Below the pieces are notes generated by a model that had not been told where the DNA came from, made no database searches, and saw nothing but the letters and a program-made list of their open reading frames with translations. A stretch of DNA of 64,000 bases, taken from IMG/VR virus record IMGVR_UViG_3300025886_000012, one strand, 5' to 3'. Shown here piece after piece: positions 9,094 to 23,800 of the stretch. Position numbers and translations under genes: made by a program. The stretch's first letter is position 1. Each line of letters begins with the position of its first letter. This stretch comes from a virus.

Positions 9094-11175
9094 TTAAACT
9101 CCTGTATATATAATGTAGTTTACCGTTAAAAACGGTGAAACTGTAGTAAACTTATTGCCAACTGACTGACTAGTATTATCTATTGTTTGAGTAGTATTAG
9201 TTAAATCTTTAACATCATGTGTTGATTTACGACCACGTCCAGACTCACCGCCGCCAGCAAAATCAATTAATGTCGATTCACTATCCTCAATAGTTCCAGT
9301 TGTACTAGTAACTGCATAATACTGTGTATTTGACTCATCAGACCCAATCAAATTATGATGGTGTTGCGGTAACTGATCCTTAGTTAAATACCTTCTTTGA
9401 GCTCCACCAGTTCCTCCCATAAGTGCAGCAGAAGGATCGTCATACGCTCTTGATTCGTCGGTTGCTAATGTTCTAGTAGCTGTGCCACGATGTCCTAACA
9501 AGTTTCTACCACGTGTATCAGGAACATTAAATGTACTAGATGTCGCAAACCCATATGTTGTGCCAATTGCATTAAACAATGCTGAATATGTTGAACGAGA
9601 TAACGAACTGCCGTCACACATATACCATCCTGTTGGAGCAGTTGTTCCACCAAATGGCATTATCATTCCAACTGCAAAAGTAGGTATTAATGATGTAATT
9701 TGACTAACTTTTGCTTTGTATATACCAACTCCTTGTGTTGACCCAGCTGCCTTTAGGGAAGTCTCAGATGGATTGTAAAGAATTAGTTCTTCATTGTTAA
9801 CAACTGCATCAGTATAATTAGTTTTGCCAGCAATAAAACTATTATCTATTGATACATTAAAAATTTTAGAGCCGCCTGTTCCGTTAAAGCTTACTTCTGT
9901 ACTAGTTGTAACATCGCCTGTCATTGAAAAATTAGTTGCTGTAGTTAATTTATTAGCACTTGTAGCTATTCCTGTTAGATTTCCAACAACATCACCTTGT
10001 ACGTTACTAATAACTTTTGTTGCATAAACATTATTAAATTTTAATAAATTTGTTCCAATATTCCTTGTACTAGTAGTATCTGGAGTAATATCCTTAAATT
10101 GAGAAGTAGTACCATTTACTGTTAAATCTCCACCTATATAAGTAGCAAGTGAAATTCCAACACCTCCTGATACCTTAAGTGCTCCAGTACTAATAGAAGT
10201 ACTTGCAGTAGTGTCAGTAATACTTACTGCACCACTTGATGCAATACTACCTGTAACATCTAATGCTGATTGAGGATTAATATTTTTTATTCCAACATTT
10301 CCTGTATTAGTAATTTTAATTCCAGTAGTATTAGTATTAACTCGTAATTCAATATATCCATCAGTACTTAAATTTTTAAGAAATGCATTACTTCCAACTA
10401 TTCCAGCAGTAAAAGTTTCTGTGGAGCCGATTCTGACACCAGATTCGTCTGTAACTCTAATTGGTTTTGTAAATATGTTATTTGCAGTTAGTCTTGCAAA
10501 ATCTGATCCAGCATATGCAGTTCCGCTAACAATTAGCGATTCGGCCTTTTCTGACGTTCCATAATACTTGCCTGTTGTTCCATTAATATTTGACGAAATA
10601 TTTAATCCAGCATTTATTTTTGTAAATCCTACAAGCGTTAGTTTTGGAATAAATTCTTTATAACTAACAATTGAAATAATAAAATTATTTACATAGGTCA
10701 TTACAACTGGATACTCAACATTATCAATTCCTGTAACAGTTACAAATCTTGGGCCTGTAGCAGCACCTGAAGAAAATTCTGGGCCAATTAATATCCAAGA
10801 CGAGCCTGAATATAAGTATAATTGCTGACTAGTTGTATCTACCCATAAATCTCCGGTTAAACTAGACGCTTGAATTGGCTGCGTTGATGATTTTTCTATA
10901 CCATTTGCTGTTACCCAGTTAGAGCCGTTGTATATTTTTAATTGGTCAATACCAGCTGTAGTATCATACCATAGTTGTCCTTCAACTGGATTTGATGGTG
11001 AATTATTGTTTGCAAAATTTTCTAATAGATGCAAAAAATTGGTATTTATTGCAGTTCCGTAATTTGTTAACGACTTGCCTGGCAATTGTAAAGAAGTTTC
11101 AGTATTAACTGCATTATCTTGAACTGTAATAGATCCTTTATTAATATTATCGGTAAAATTTACTGGATATGACAT
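9094..11175 (-). CDS. Tail fibre with phage tail collar domain
   Basis: Shared N-terminal domain; collar motif GMIMPFGGTTAPTGWYMCDGSSLSRSTYSALFNAIGTTYG..FNVPDTRGR; C-terminal PFLTVNYII. Confidence 0.8.
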   Translation of the reverse strand: MSYPVNFTDNINKGSITVQDNAVNTETSLQLPGKSLTNYGTAINTNFLHLLENFANNNSPSNPVEGQLWYDTTAGIDQLKIYNGSNWVTANGIEKSSTQPIQASSLTGDLWVDTTSQQLYLYSGSSWILIGPEFSSGAATGPRFVTVTGIDNVEYPVVMTYVNNFIISIVSYKEFIPKLTLVGFTKINAGLNISSNINGTTGKYYGTSEKAESLIVSGTAYAGSDFARLTANNIFTKPIRVTDESGVRIGSTETFTAGIVGSNAFLKNLSTDGYIELRVNTNTTGIKITNTGNVGIKNINPQSALDVTGSIASSGAVSITDTTASTSISTGALKVSGGVGISLATYIGGDLTVNGTTSQFKDITPDTTSTRNIGTNLLKFNNVYATKVISNVQGDVVGNLTGIATSANKLTTATNFSMTGDVTTSTEVSFNGTGGSKIFNVSIDNSFIAGKTNYTDAVVNNEELILYNPSETSLKAAGSTQGVGIYKAKVSQITSLIPTFAVGMIMPFGGTTAPTGWYMCDGSSLSRSTYSALFNAIGTTYGFATSSTFNVPDTRGRNLLGHRGTATRTLATDESRAYDDPSAALMGGTGGAQRRYLTKDQLPQHHHNLIGSDESNTQYYAVTSTTGTIEDSESTLIDFAGGGESGRGRKSTHDVKDLTNTTQTIDNTSQSVGNKFTTVSPFLTVNYIIYTGV

Positions 11176-11177
11176 GA

Positions 11178-11789
11178 TTACACCTCGTTAAATCCGCTAA
11201 GACTCTGCACTCTTACAGTATAGTCAATTTGAATTAATCTATTCAAACTTTTTTGTACTGGATGGAAAATTACATGAGTAATTAGTTTTCCTGTTCCAGA
11301 ACTACTGTAACTTCGCAATCCTAATTCATCAAATACATATGCACTGTTTGAATTTGATGATGTATCGTATGCATCTTGACCGTCAGGCTCGCCGTAATCT
11401 AATAAACAACTTACTAAAATATCAGTATAATTTGTGCCAGATACGTGTCTTATTTCTGTTTTATTTCTTGAAGGATCAAGATTATTTACACTTCTATCAT
11501 CAACTACTTTGGTATAAGTTTGATTATACAAGCTAGCATTTGTTCCAGTAGAGTTTGGTGTTAGATACGTTATTATACCTGTTGGGTCAATATTTGTTCC
11601 GCCGTTGCCGAAACTCATTTCATATACAAATCCCGATCCAGCGTTTGATAAACTTTCAGCTAATGCAATACTCATATTTTCATAATGTATTGCGTTACGC
11701 TTGTTTATTAAAATTTCACCAGATTTAGGATCAAATATTTTTATGTGTCCTTCGATGTGTATTCCGTTTAATTCATTTATTTCTGTCAT
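11178..11789 (-). CDS. Virion structural protein (baseplate module)
   Basis: 203-aa ORF with SD GGTGG and its own late box (11806-11812), between giant baseplate gene and fibres. Confidence 0.6.
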   Translation of the reverse strand: MTEINELNGIHIEGHIKIFDPKSGEILINKRNAIHYENMSIALAESLSNAGSGFVYEMSFGNGGTNIDPTGIITYLTPNSTGTNASLYNQTYTKVVDDRSVNNLDPSRNKTEIRHVSGTNYTDILVSCLLDYGEPDGQDAYDTSSNSNSAYVFDELGLRSYSSSGTGKLITHVIFHPVQKSLNRLIQIDYTVRVQSLSGFNEV

Positions 11790-11805
11790 TGTACCACCTA
11801 TACTG

Positions 11806-11812
11806 TATTTAT
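11806..11812 (-). promoter_or_regulatory. Late promoter ATAAATA
   Basis: Overlaps stop codon of the giant gene. Confidence 0.55.
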
Positions 11813-14800
11813 TTAGGCAACTGTATTGTAGCCTTTAGAAGGAATTTACTAATATCATTATTACTAGATCCTAGTGATTTAGTAGTTGAGTTAGACACAA
11901 TCTCATTCCAAATTTGTCCTGTTTTTCTATATACTTCTATTCTTTCTCCATCTAACGGAATAGTTGAAAATGTAACTGTATTACCACTGATTGTAAATTC
12001 TGGATTAATTGTTTCATCACCTTCGGTACTATCTTGATCATTAGATTCGTTGTACATACTTATGCTAGACTTACGTAGACGCTTGCCGCCAACTTTAATT
12101 TCAATTTCGTTTACACCGTATGTTGGTGTAAAGTTTAGATCCACTGTTGCTGAAGATCCATTGCCACTAAATGTCTGTTTATCAATTGTATCATTGTATA
12201 ATATATTTTCATCTGGGCCTTGTCCATAAACTTTAGTGTCTACTGCATATGCTAACTTAACGCCTGTTCCAAGTGTGCCACGTCTGAGTTGAGTTAAGTT
12301 ATTGCCTGTTTTTGCAAAATATTCTATGCGTTCACCTTCAACAAATATTACTCCAGGTATATTTGTTGAGACATCAGGTTCAAAAATTCCAGTTGCATTT
12401 TGTAATTGTATTGTATTATCATTATAATTTAAAATAGATTGTAATTTATAACTATTTGCTTCGTTTAGCCTTTTGTAGTGTGTTCTATTAAGCATATCTT
12501 TAAATACTCTATATCCAAACGAATCAGTTGTTGAATTTCCAAATTGTAAAACATCTATAGTATCTAATTCAACTGGAATATTAGTTAGCTCAACTGCATT
12601 TAATTTAGAATTTACAATATAGTCAATATTTACATCTAGCATAACACCATTTTTAAATACCCAAACATATCTATTATTTGACACTATGTTTGTTAATCTT
12701 ATTATACCCTGTGTAACTTCTTGTCTTTTTATATATTCCGGAGTTCCACTTGTTAAACTGGCTATTGTGCTAGGTTCTCCGGTTGTACTAGTTGTTAATA
12801 CTGATAATGCAACTCTTTCAAATTTGTTTACATCGTGATTTGAAAAATGTATTAATTCAACTTTTTTTCCTGCTGCTGGTGCTGTTGTAAATTCAATTAT
12901 ATCTGAACGGACTTTATAATCTGCATCTTTATCAATTACTACATTAATAGATGCTCCAACTGGAGCAATTAAATCATCAGTTAATGTAATAGTATATTCA
13001 GCTGGATTGTAGGTATATTGTAACGAAGTTAACTTAACAGTATCGACAAATACTTGAATATCTGTCGAAGTTATTTGACTTGGCTGAGTAAACTGCCAGC
13101 TATCGATATTATATACTCGACTAGATGTTGCTGTATAAGTTCGGCTATATCCCGGTTTTTGTACTTTATTATCTACTAACAATAATATTTTATGCGACCA
13201 TGGATTGTTGTTAAACGGCGTAACATTTACACTATATGTAGTAGTTGATCCATCAGGAATAAATGTTTTGTCAGTAATAATTTGACTATATGTTTTTAAT
13301 GTGTTATTATACAAACTATATTGTATAATATTGTTATTACTAATGCTTGCTGTATTAAGTAATTCAATAACTACCTTTCCTGTTGTTGATTTAACAAGAT
13401 TATAATCAACTCCAACAGTTTTGATTACTCCGTTTATAGTTAGTATTGCTGTTACTGTAGTTGACCATATTGCAACTGTTGGAATTTGAGATATTCCTGT
13501 AACATAAGTTAATGAATTTCTGTCAATTAAATCAGTGCCATTGGCACCAATTGTAGTAATTGAGACTCGGTTACTACCGCCTATTTCATAACTGCTATCG
13601 CCGTCAATATGTAAAGTATTGTCAAACCAATTAATTGAATATAATTCACTAGGTAAAATAACTCCATCTAACTGTACAATTATATCTGAATTTGAAAAAG
13701 GTGTTCCAGGTAATGTAAATGTAGTAGTACTTGTATCTAGCGTATAATGAACAACATCAATCTTGCCTACACCTTCTGATGGTTTATGAAATACTCTCAT
13801 ATCTAATGTATCAATTAGTTGACCCGGTACTAACTCCTCAGGGCCTTGCGACGACAAAGGAGAAACAAAGTCGTCACCGTCGATATTAATTGATTCTGGC
13901 AAAACTCCAGTTGCTGTAGTATAACCTAGGTCGCCTCCTGACAATGCAATATCATAACTATTTGGTGACGGAGTAAAGCTACCATCACTGGTAGCTTTCC
14001 TAATTATAACATTATCTCCGTCGGTTATTCCAACTATTTGCTCATTAAGAACAATAACTGTTGTTGAACCGTCGCCAATTATAGTTGACATTCTAACATT
14101 ATTAATAATTGTTGATCCATCAAAATTTGGGCCGTCGATTCTTACTCCATTAAGATATACATGGTATTCAACACCATCAATTAACGGAGAACTCATTTGG
14201 AATATGTTTGTACTTCCGTCAAGAATAAACACTTCATCTTCGTATGCACTATCAAATGCATCCCATGGTTGAGTGCCAAATCCTTGAGCTTCAAAACCTT
14301 GTTCTACTCCAAAATCTGTTCCTTCGTATACCGACTTAGCATTTTTAACTCCGTTAAGAAGTTGGCTTAAATCCTTACCTGGCATATTACTAGTAGGAGT
14401 ATAAAAGAAATTAATTCTATCAGCAGCATCAAGCATTCTAATATCTTTTTTATATGTAATAACTATAGTATCAGTTGCTAAAGGTGCTGTATTAAAAGTT
14501 ACATACCCAAGATATCGATCATAACCTTTAGTAGTATCTAATTTGTTTCCAACTGTATAATTACTCGAAACTAGTACCTTAGAATTTATAGTTATACTAA
14601 ACTGATTAGTTTTTATGTCAATTGGCCATTTTAATCCAAATGTTTCTTTTGATCCTGTTCCTGTAAATGATTCATTTACAACAAGGTCAGTAACATAATA
14701 AGATCCTCTTACCCTGTCAAATTTCATAATCATATGACTAGATCTAACCACACTTTTACCTAAAATTGCTATAGCACTTGCTGTTACGCCGTCTTTTGAT

Positions 14801-17800
14801 GTACCGATTGTTATAGTCGGAGCAGTTAAAAATTTTAATGTATTAGGTTGACTAATAATTTGAATACTATCAACAGAACCATTTTTTAAATATGCATATG
14901 CAATAATATCACTATCGCCAATTTTAACTATTGGAGTATCTATATATCCACTTCCGCCGTTGATAACTTTTATCGAAGCTATATCAAATCCAACATTATC
15001 TTTCCAATTTTTATACGGATAATTATTATATCTTGTATCTAAGTTTGATATTAAATCTGTTGTTTTGTTATATACAGCCGACGAAGTTTCAATTAATCCA
15101 TCATGATAACTCGGAGGAAGATCAAAATCAGACGTCATAGTCTGCGTATTAGATATATTTTCGTAACTTGATATATATTCTCGTACTTTAGTTTTAAATG
15201 GTTTTACTTCGTTAACATAATCTTGATAATTTTCTAAATTATCATTTTGATAATTTCTTGTTTTCTTAAAGTTACCAAGATTGTGTTTAGCTGTTACAAA
15301 ACTACTTTTAAATGCCCAGTCTAGTCCTGGCTGTTCTGCAAACGCATATCGTAAGCTGGCAAAAAATAAATTATAATATTCAACTTCAAGATCTGCAATA
15401 AAAATATTGTTTTTAAGTACTGACATAATTATTCGTAATTCTTCAACTGGTTCTTTATCATAGAACGAAGTATCATATAATTTTGAATCGTATCCCTTAC
15501 TAGATGTAATTGTGTCGTATAGAGATGTTGACAATTCTATTGTACCATTTTCTCTACCAATAGTTTGATAATTAACTGTATAGTCTTCCGTATCAGTATC
15601 GTTAATTTTCTTTAACAATAGCCAACCGCCTGTGCCAATGGTTTTAATTTTTACTATATCACCAATTTCACAGTCTAATAAAAATAATTGGTAGCTTTGA
15701 TCTACACTTTTGTTAATTGTTGTTAGTTTATCATATCCGTCAGCATACCAATCTTTATAAATCCAATATTGTCGTGTATCATAAGATTGAATATTGGTTC
15801 TTTCCCATATTCTAGTAATTTTATTATACTTGTAAATAGTCCAAACGTTTTCAACGGTTGAATCTGTTTTAACTAAAGCAGTGTAATCACGAACTGTTAA
15901 CGTAGTATTAGATGAATATTTTTTCCCCGAATCTCTTACAGTAACACTTGTTATCTGTCCTAAATTATTAATAGTTGACTGTAGTACTGCGCCAATTCCG
16001 CTAGATGAAGTTATCTTTATAACTGGAGCATTTACATAACTTCTTCCAGATTTTATAATATTAACTCTAATTATTTTTCCATTACTAATTACAGGCAATA
16101 GTTCAGCCTTTTCAAATTTAGCCATTATTATATTATCAAGATCTTCAATAGTTTCAACTATCGAATCATATACTCCAGTGTCAGCATTTGGAATTTTATC
16201 AAAAGTTAATAGTCCTGATATATCATAATTATCAACAATTTGGTATTTGTATAATATTGAATTTGCTCTCTCAATAACTTGCTTTAATGCTTCTTTGTTA
16301 TTAATAAACATTCCTTGACGTGGATAATTTAAAATTCCATATCTATTGCTAACTGGTAATGATAAATCTGGTAGTTGTATTTCTTGTAAATCGTATCCAA
16401 CTAAACTATCTAACCATTTTTGTTCAATCTCGTGATTTAGTTTTTCTCTACTGACAACACCTTCAGCTAACAATTGATATTCACGATGTAAATTTACTTG
16501 AAGATTTTCATCTTTTAATAATTCAAAACGTAATATAGAATTAGTTCCTTCAATAAAACTTTTGCAATTGTGTAATATAAATTTATCAGTGTCGAGTATT
16601 TCTACATAACGATATCCTTGCGAAGCTGGATCTGCTATAAGATTTGCAACCGACATTGCATCAAGTGTTCTAAAATTAACCGATGGGATTGTTTTTTTGT
16701 TTTTAACCCAGTAAAAATATTTTTCACTAAATGTCTTAGAAACACTATCAAATACTCGTTTTATACTATATGCTTGATCGCCATATAATGGTACTCCAGA
16801 CACTCCATTTGAAATTCCTTCGTTAGTGTTACTCAATGACAGCCATTGACTTGGAGTCAATGATGTGCCAACCCATTCGTAAATATCAATACTAGTTCCA
16901 AATATTAGCTTACTACGATGTGCTGATCTATAATGTGAATCGCCTTGATAAGGATCGTACCATGCAGAAGTTGACAAGTTCCACCATAGTCGTCCTTCAT
17001 ATTCTTCGTTCCATGCTGAACTTTCATCAACTACTACATTTGCCACAATATTTCCAAGTTCGTCTTGTGTATTAACTGAATATATTGCAGGATCATAAAA
17101 TGTTTTATACGATATTTCAACATCTGCAACACGAGGTATTCTTCCCTGACGACAGTCAACAACATCTAATGTAGTTAAAAGATCATCTGTATCTGCTGAA
17201 TATAGTAATACTCGTTTAATTTTGTCAAGATTTATCATTCCATCTTGAACTGACAACGATGTCCAAGAATCAATATTAATATCAGCTCTTAAATCTGTAA
17301 CTATTCCAACTGAATCAGCCGTGGTTAAATTAACAATTGTACTGTCACTAGTGTCAGCAGGATCAACATTTGGAAGACCTATGTATATATGATTGTTTGA
17401 AAACACAAAATTTTCTAACTCAGATCCTGTTGTTTTTCTTTGATAATCAACATCTTCGGCAAATATAAAATTATTTCCAATATCTTGAAATATAAAAATT
17501 CTGCCTGTATCTTTGGTAACATTTTTAAAAGTAGTTGAATTGCTATCAAAAGTTGTAATTGAATCATTTTTTGTTCCTAATGAATCTAATACATATTTTG
17601 AATAAACTAATGTGTGGTCTGCTAATTGATCAACAATATATTTTTGTATAAATTCATCATACGTATCAAAACTTATTGACAATCTACGATCGGTATTTTT
17701 TGCTGATACTGCAAGTTTATTTTTACTAAAATCAAGACTGGTTCCAAAAAATTCATTTATTTCTAGATGTATACTTTTTAATGTTTGATCTAGACTATAA

Positions 17801-20800
17801 GTTGATACATTATTAATAGTAGTTTTTTTGTATACATAAACACAACCTTGATCTATTCCTGTTTCATCATTTCCGGGTGCACCGATTGCAATTTTATCAC
17901 CGGTATCGTTAACTGCAAGACAATATCCAAATTGTTCATGTGTGTTTGCTGAACTAATATCTTGTATGTATTTCCATCTACCTAATTGATTAAAATATAC
18001 TGAAATTTTATTATCAAATCCGTCTGACGACTTAAATGCTAATACATCGCCTAATTCGTTAACATCAAATATTTTTCCAATATTAACAATACTATCAGCA
18101 GATGAATCATCTGCTTCATCTGCAATATTCATTCCTGTACGAGGAACATATCCTGTGTGTTCAATAAGACTAACAGTACTCAAGGTCGGATCTGATATTT
18201 TTGTCCATGCTGCTGTTATAGTAGGTAAATTACTTCCAGCAGTCATTGTAATACTTGCTTGATACAATTCTTCATTATATAGCACTATGTCTAAGTTGTT
18301 ATATTGAACTGAGTTACTATATTCACCTTTAAATTTTCTATCAATACTATAATTCCAAGTAGACCCATCATAATCTATAAAATAAATACGGTCTGCTCCT
18401 GGAGCACCGACAAATAGTCTGTAGGTTTCCTCGCCTACTGTTTTTCTTATTTCAACATGATATCCAAATTTTTCATCTGTTGTCGGAGTTGGCGATATTA
18501 CACACGAATGAAACCCATAAGCGCCTGTTTGATAATTTTTTTCATATAGATATACTAAACCTTGATTGCTTAACCCGCTTGATGTTCCGTCTTTATCAGC
18601 TGTAAGCATAGATACAACTTTCCAATCGTGACTCTGGTCAGTAATTGTACTGTTGTCTCCAGTTATAGTTCTACGTGCTTCCCATAAGATTCCTCTATCA
18701 AGTACAATATCACCTGCACTGTAATTTCCACTACTAGATAGTGTTCCGACTAATTTTGACTTAACATTTGTTGCTAGCGGAGCACCAACTGCAATAAATC
18801 TATCAGTTGACGTAATTGATGTAGAAAATCCATAATTAGACGAAGTGCTATGTAAGCTATCAACTGGTATTAACGCCTGAGATTGAATTAAATTTTCAAA
18901 CTCAGTATTTCTTGTGAATATACCTATACGTCCAATATTATTATGTGTTGGTGATCCTATAGTAACAATATTATTTAATTTGTTTGATGAAATACTTGTA
19001 CCAAATTCGTCAGTAGTGCTGTCAAGTTCAACAGGATTAATAACTTCGTTATGCAGTTTAAACATACTTTGATTTTGATAAACTTCCCATAAACTATTAC
19101 CGTTGTTTTCTAACCATATGCGATCTCCTGGTGTATTATACAAATCAATTGCTGTACTATTTGCTATGTTAACATCTGCAAATTTGCGAGTTACAAGTTT
19201 AAGCACGGTTGTTGAGCTTAGTGTTGGAAATTGATCTTCTTCATTGATTGCTTGAGATGTTAGTAACCCAACTTCAGTTAATCCATCTTTAGCTAATACA
19301 CTGTTTACTTTATAAAATCCTGTAACTATACTATCTGAACGTATACCAATTATATCATTAACACTTAGATTAACATACCCGTTAAAATAACAAGTAAATC
19401 CCTGTACAAAATTTCCCTGTTGATCTATACGTGATTCTTCAGGCAAGTTTAGTGCAAAACTATTAATTGTAAGTTCGTCTGCATGTATGATTCTATAAAC
19501 ATTCCAACTAGTTAATTCGTGTGTAACCCAGATAAACTCACCGGCTGAGATAGCATTAAGATTTAAATCAAGTATATTATCTTTAAAGGTAACAATAAAT
19601 GAAACATCATTATCATTTACAAATCCTGAATATCTTGTAAAAAAATTATTATCAAATTTTTCAACAAATGGATTATTGTTATAACCATCAGGAGTAAGTT
19701 GTAATGAATTATTTGTTAATTCATATACTAAATCATTTCGAGATGTTGTATTGTCAGTTAATTCAAATATTTGAGGTTCTAATTTTATCTTTGATTCATC
19801 TAATTTAAATTCTAATTCTTCAATGTTATCAAACGATCCAAAATTTCCTACTCTTAATGCCCATTCTTCATAAAACTCTAAGCTATCTTTATCAGCAGTA
19901 CTTAATTTATCAAACAATTTAGTTAACGAATTTTTAGTACCCTTTTCTTGTATAAATCCTTGATAAAATTTATACTCACTTGAGCTATCTGCGATAATAT
20001 TTGATAGGTATTCTCTAGGCTGATATCCAATTAGATGCTGCGCCATTCTTTGTTGTTCAGAATCAAAATTGTCACTATCTAAATCATAAAATTCAGTAAA
20101 CTGTAATGCTTTATAATCCCAATTAGGCAAAAGTTGTCGAGTTGGTTTTTGATCTAATAACGTCCAAAAAACTGGATTGAATTTTTCTGTACTTGAATGT
20201 GTAGTATTAGACGAATAATAATATTGTTTATACCGAACTACATCGCCAATTGTATAGTCACTCCACACTTGCCAATCAGAAATTTTTGGATCATCAAAAA
20301 TAAATCCTGGTATATTATAACTTCCGTTCCAGTCAGCTGTTCGATGACCTACAAGTTTAATTCTATCCTGTCTATATCCAGTTGAAGTTTGATAGATAGT
20401 ATCATTAAACACTGTAGAATTATCAATTAATACAATATGTTCTCTTTGTACCAACGGAAGATTTACAGAATATATTAGATGTTTATCATCTAACGGCTGA
20501 ATACCAAACATATTTTTTTCGTCTCGATATACACTTATTGTATTGTTTGTTACTACAGTACCGTCATTTGACAATAGCACATAATCATTATTTTTTGAAT
20601 CTTTTAAATTATCAACAACATGATATTTTCTTTCAAAAACAACTGCATTAGCAAAAGGACTTAAACTTAAAACTGTTCCGTTATCCCAATTTTGCTGTGT
20701 CCAAAACAAAAATTCTTTTATTAGTAAATTAACATCCTCAACTAGTTCAGTTTCATTATTGAAATAATCAAATATAAATCCTTGCTGTTGAAGATATTGT

Positions 20801-23800
20801 TCGTATCCAAGTAAAAAATCAACTAATTCTTGATCAGTTTCTATTAAATGTCCATAATTATAACGTGTTAATGTATCTTCAAAGTGTGTAGCAATTAAAG
20901 CCGTAGTTCCGCCTGCTAACGGTAATTTTGATAGTTTTGTAAATTTTTTATCATCAAATGTTTGAGTGCTTTCATGTGTAATAGTAGTTCTATAATATTC
21001 ATCATTATACTGTACTACTATACCTGAAACATATTGAGATTCTTGACTCCACAAAATAAATTCTTCGCTAACTCCGCCTACTGTTAGTTGAATATCACCA
21101 ACTTGTCGAATAGATTTGTAAATGTCAAAAAATGGAGTTGTCTTATTATATCCAGAAATTAAATATCCTTTATTTGATTTTTCAACAATAATTGCACTTA
21201 TTGATACTAAGTCAATAACACTACTAGTATTGAAAAATATTTGATAGTTTTCATCTGGAACAAATACTGTATTTTTATTTAACGGGCTGCGACTGTCTAA
21301 AACTAATTTAAGTTTTGATTTATCAGCATACCCTCCGAGTTTTATTGAAAGTTGATTTGTTAATTTAGTTAATGTATCCTTATATAAGTTATATACATCT
21401 AAATTTTTTCCAATTAAAAATGCTGATATATAATTTATTAATCCTGAAGAATAATTTATTGTTTGTACATTATCAAATGTTGGAAATAACAACTCAGACA
21501 GCTCAATTTGTTTTTCAGTTGAACTATAAACCAAATTGTTAGATAAATCTCGGTTAACTCTACTTGTATCAAACCCTAATCCTAACACTTTAGCAGGCTG
21601 AGATAATACCCATGCTGTTAACAATGCAAAAGGATATTCTGAACTTCTACGCCAGGCTGTTTCAACTGGTGAATAGTCGCCAAACATCCAAGACTGGTTA
21701 GCTGTCGACACATTAAAATTTTGTGCTAATCCTGAATCATACGGACTTAATAAATTTCCACTTGAATCTACTGGAATATAATTTAATAAATCTAGACGTA
21801 CATATTTTTTATTTTTGATAATTGCAACACCAGGTTGTCTAATTATACCTTGCGATAAATCTTGCCATAAAATTAAGTTATCCTTTGTATACGGAGCAAC
21901 ACCATAAACAGTATCCCACCAAGTTGGTTTAATGTAAAACCCTACCATTTCCCAGGGGTGAGAATGAGGACGATCAGTATCAAAATAATCTTTGTATATA
22001 CTTCTCCAACTGCCGCTAAGGACTTCGTTGTTATATGATCCAAGATAGGAATAGTTATACGAAAATGAGTCAGTATCTAAAAAATCATTATTTTCACTAT
22101 ATGTTAAATTACCAACTGTTTCATTCCAGCTAACAAAATCACTAATTAATATTTTATTAATTTTTGTAGAGCTAAATCCACTACTACGAAATTTTCCTTT
22201 AATGAAATCATGAATATCCAGTTTGTTAACATCATATTTTGCCTTAATATTATTAAAAATCCTATATTCAATTTCTAAAATAATATCATCTCTGTAGTCA
22301 TCAAATGCTTTTATTAAAGATCCATCGTGACCTTGAATTACCGATACCGGAGTATTAAAATTATAAGTTGTATCAATATATTTTATTGGCTGATACTTTG
22401 GATATAACCCTAATTTAGTAGGAGTAGGAGGCACAAACCACGAATCAGTTGAATCATATTCGTAAATATCAATTACATCATTAATTAATGGAGTTGTTAA
22501 TAAATTTACAAATCCATCTTTAAACGTATAATCTTTATCATGCAAAAGTTGTTGATCGTTTTTATATACTAGTACAGACTTAGACGATAATGTGTCTAGT
22601 GTAAATGTTGATGATAATGAAAAATAAGAAACACTAGTTGATGTAATAGTATGTCTAGTTTTTATTTCATTTTCAAAACCAATCATATCCATAAATTTAA
22701 ATGCGTTTGAAGATATAAAATCTTTAGATAAGTTTGAAAGTACTAAATCAGCATGTTCTTTGGCCGAACCATGAAATCCACTATTTTCTATTTCAAAAAT
22801 TAATTTTCTTTTAAATTTAGCATACTCGGTTTTAGCATATCTTAAGGAATTAACAACATTACTATCGTCAGATGCTAGATGATATAATGCTAGATTTACA
22901 GGGCCGCTGTGCTTAACAAATCGTCTACCATATTTGGCTAAATTTCCTATATCTCTTAGATTATTACTACCCGGATGTACTCCATCAAAACTAGGATGAG
23001 CTTCGGCAATTGAATCTACATGATCCGAAACTTCACCTAATGTAAACGATGTAATATTTTCATTTAACGGGTTTTTTTCAAAATTAATAGGCATTTCATA
23101 AAATCCGTTGGTGTTTTTATCAGCCGAACTTAAACATTTAAACACTACCAAGTCTTCGGTTTTTAAATTCTTAATAAACACAATACGTCGGAAATTACTG
23201 GTATTATCAACTGTATAATCAACATTTTCAATTTTACGAATTCCATTTACTAAAACTTGAACAGTAAGGTCTGTTAGTTGAGAACTATTATCGTATACAT
23301 CAATATCAAAATTATTTAAAATAGTTGATACTTGTAGGGTTTGTATAACATGCTGATAACTATTAACATTAGCTTTTTTCCATCCAGATGTATATTCAAA
23401 AGTAGTTCCATCAGTGTTATATTTTTTTAAGAACGCTTTATCAGTCTTATAAGTAACTTCAGTTAAACTTGCAGTTTGATATATTACCGATTGTGTAAGT
23501 AAATCAAAATTAAACGCAATGTCTCCAATATTATTAATACTATTATATGATAGAGGAAATCCTAATTCGGTGTCAGCAACACCAGTTCCAATTTTATAAC
23601 TAAAAACTTTATTACCAGCAAAATTACTTGAATCGTATAAAATTTCATCATTTAGATTATTTTGTAATTTATCAAATAAATCAAAAAGTGGCTCTTGATT
23701 GATTGCAGTTTTTTCTTGTGCTAATTTCCAATTTTTACCATTATAAAAGAACATTTTTCCTTTATAAGAATTACCTAACTTAGATAAAACAACATCGTTA

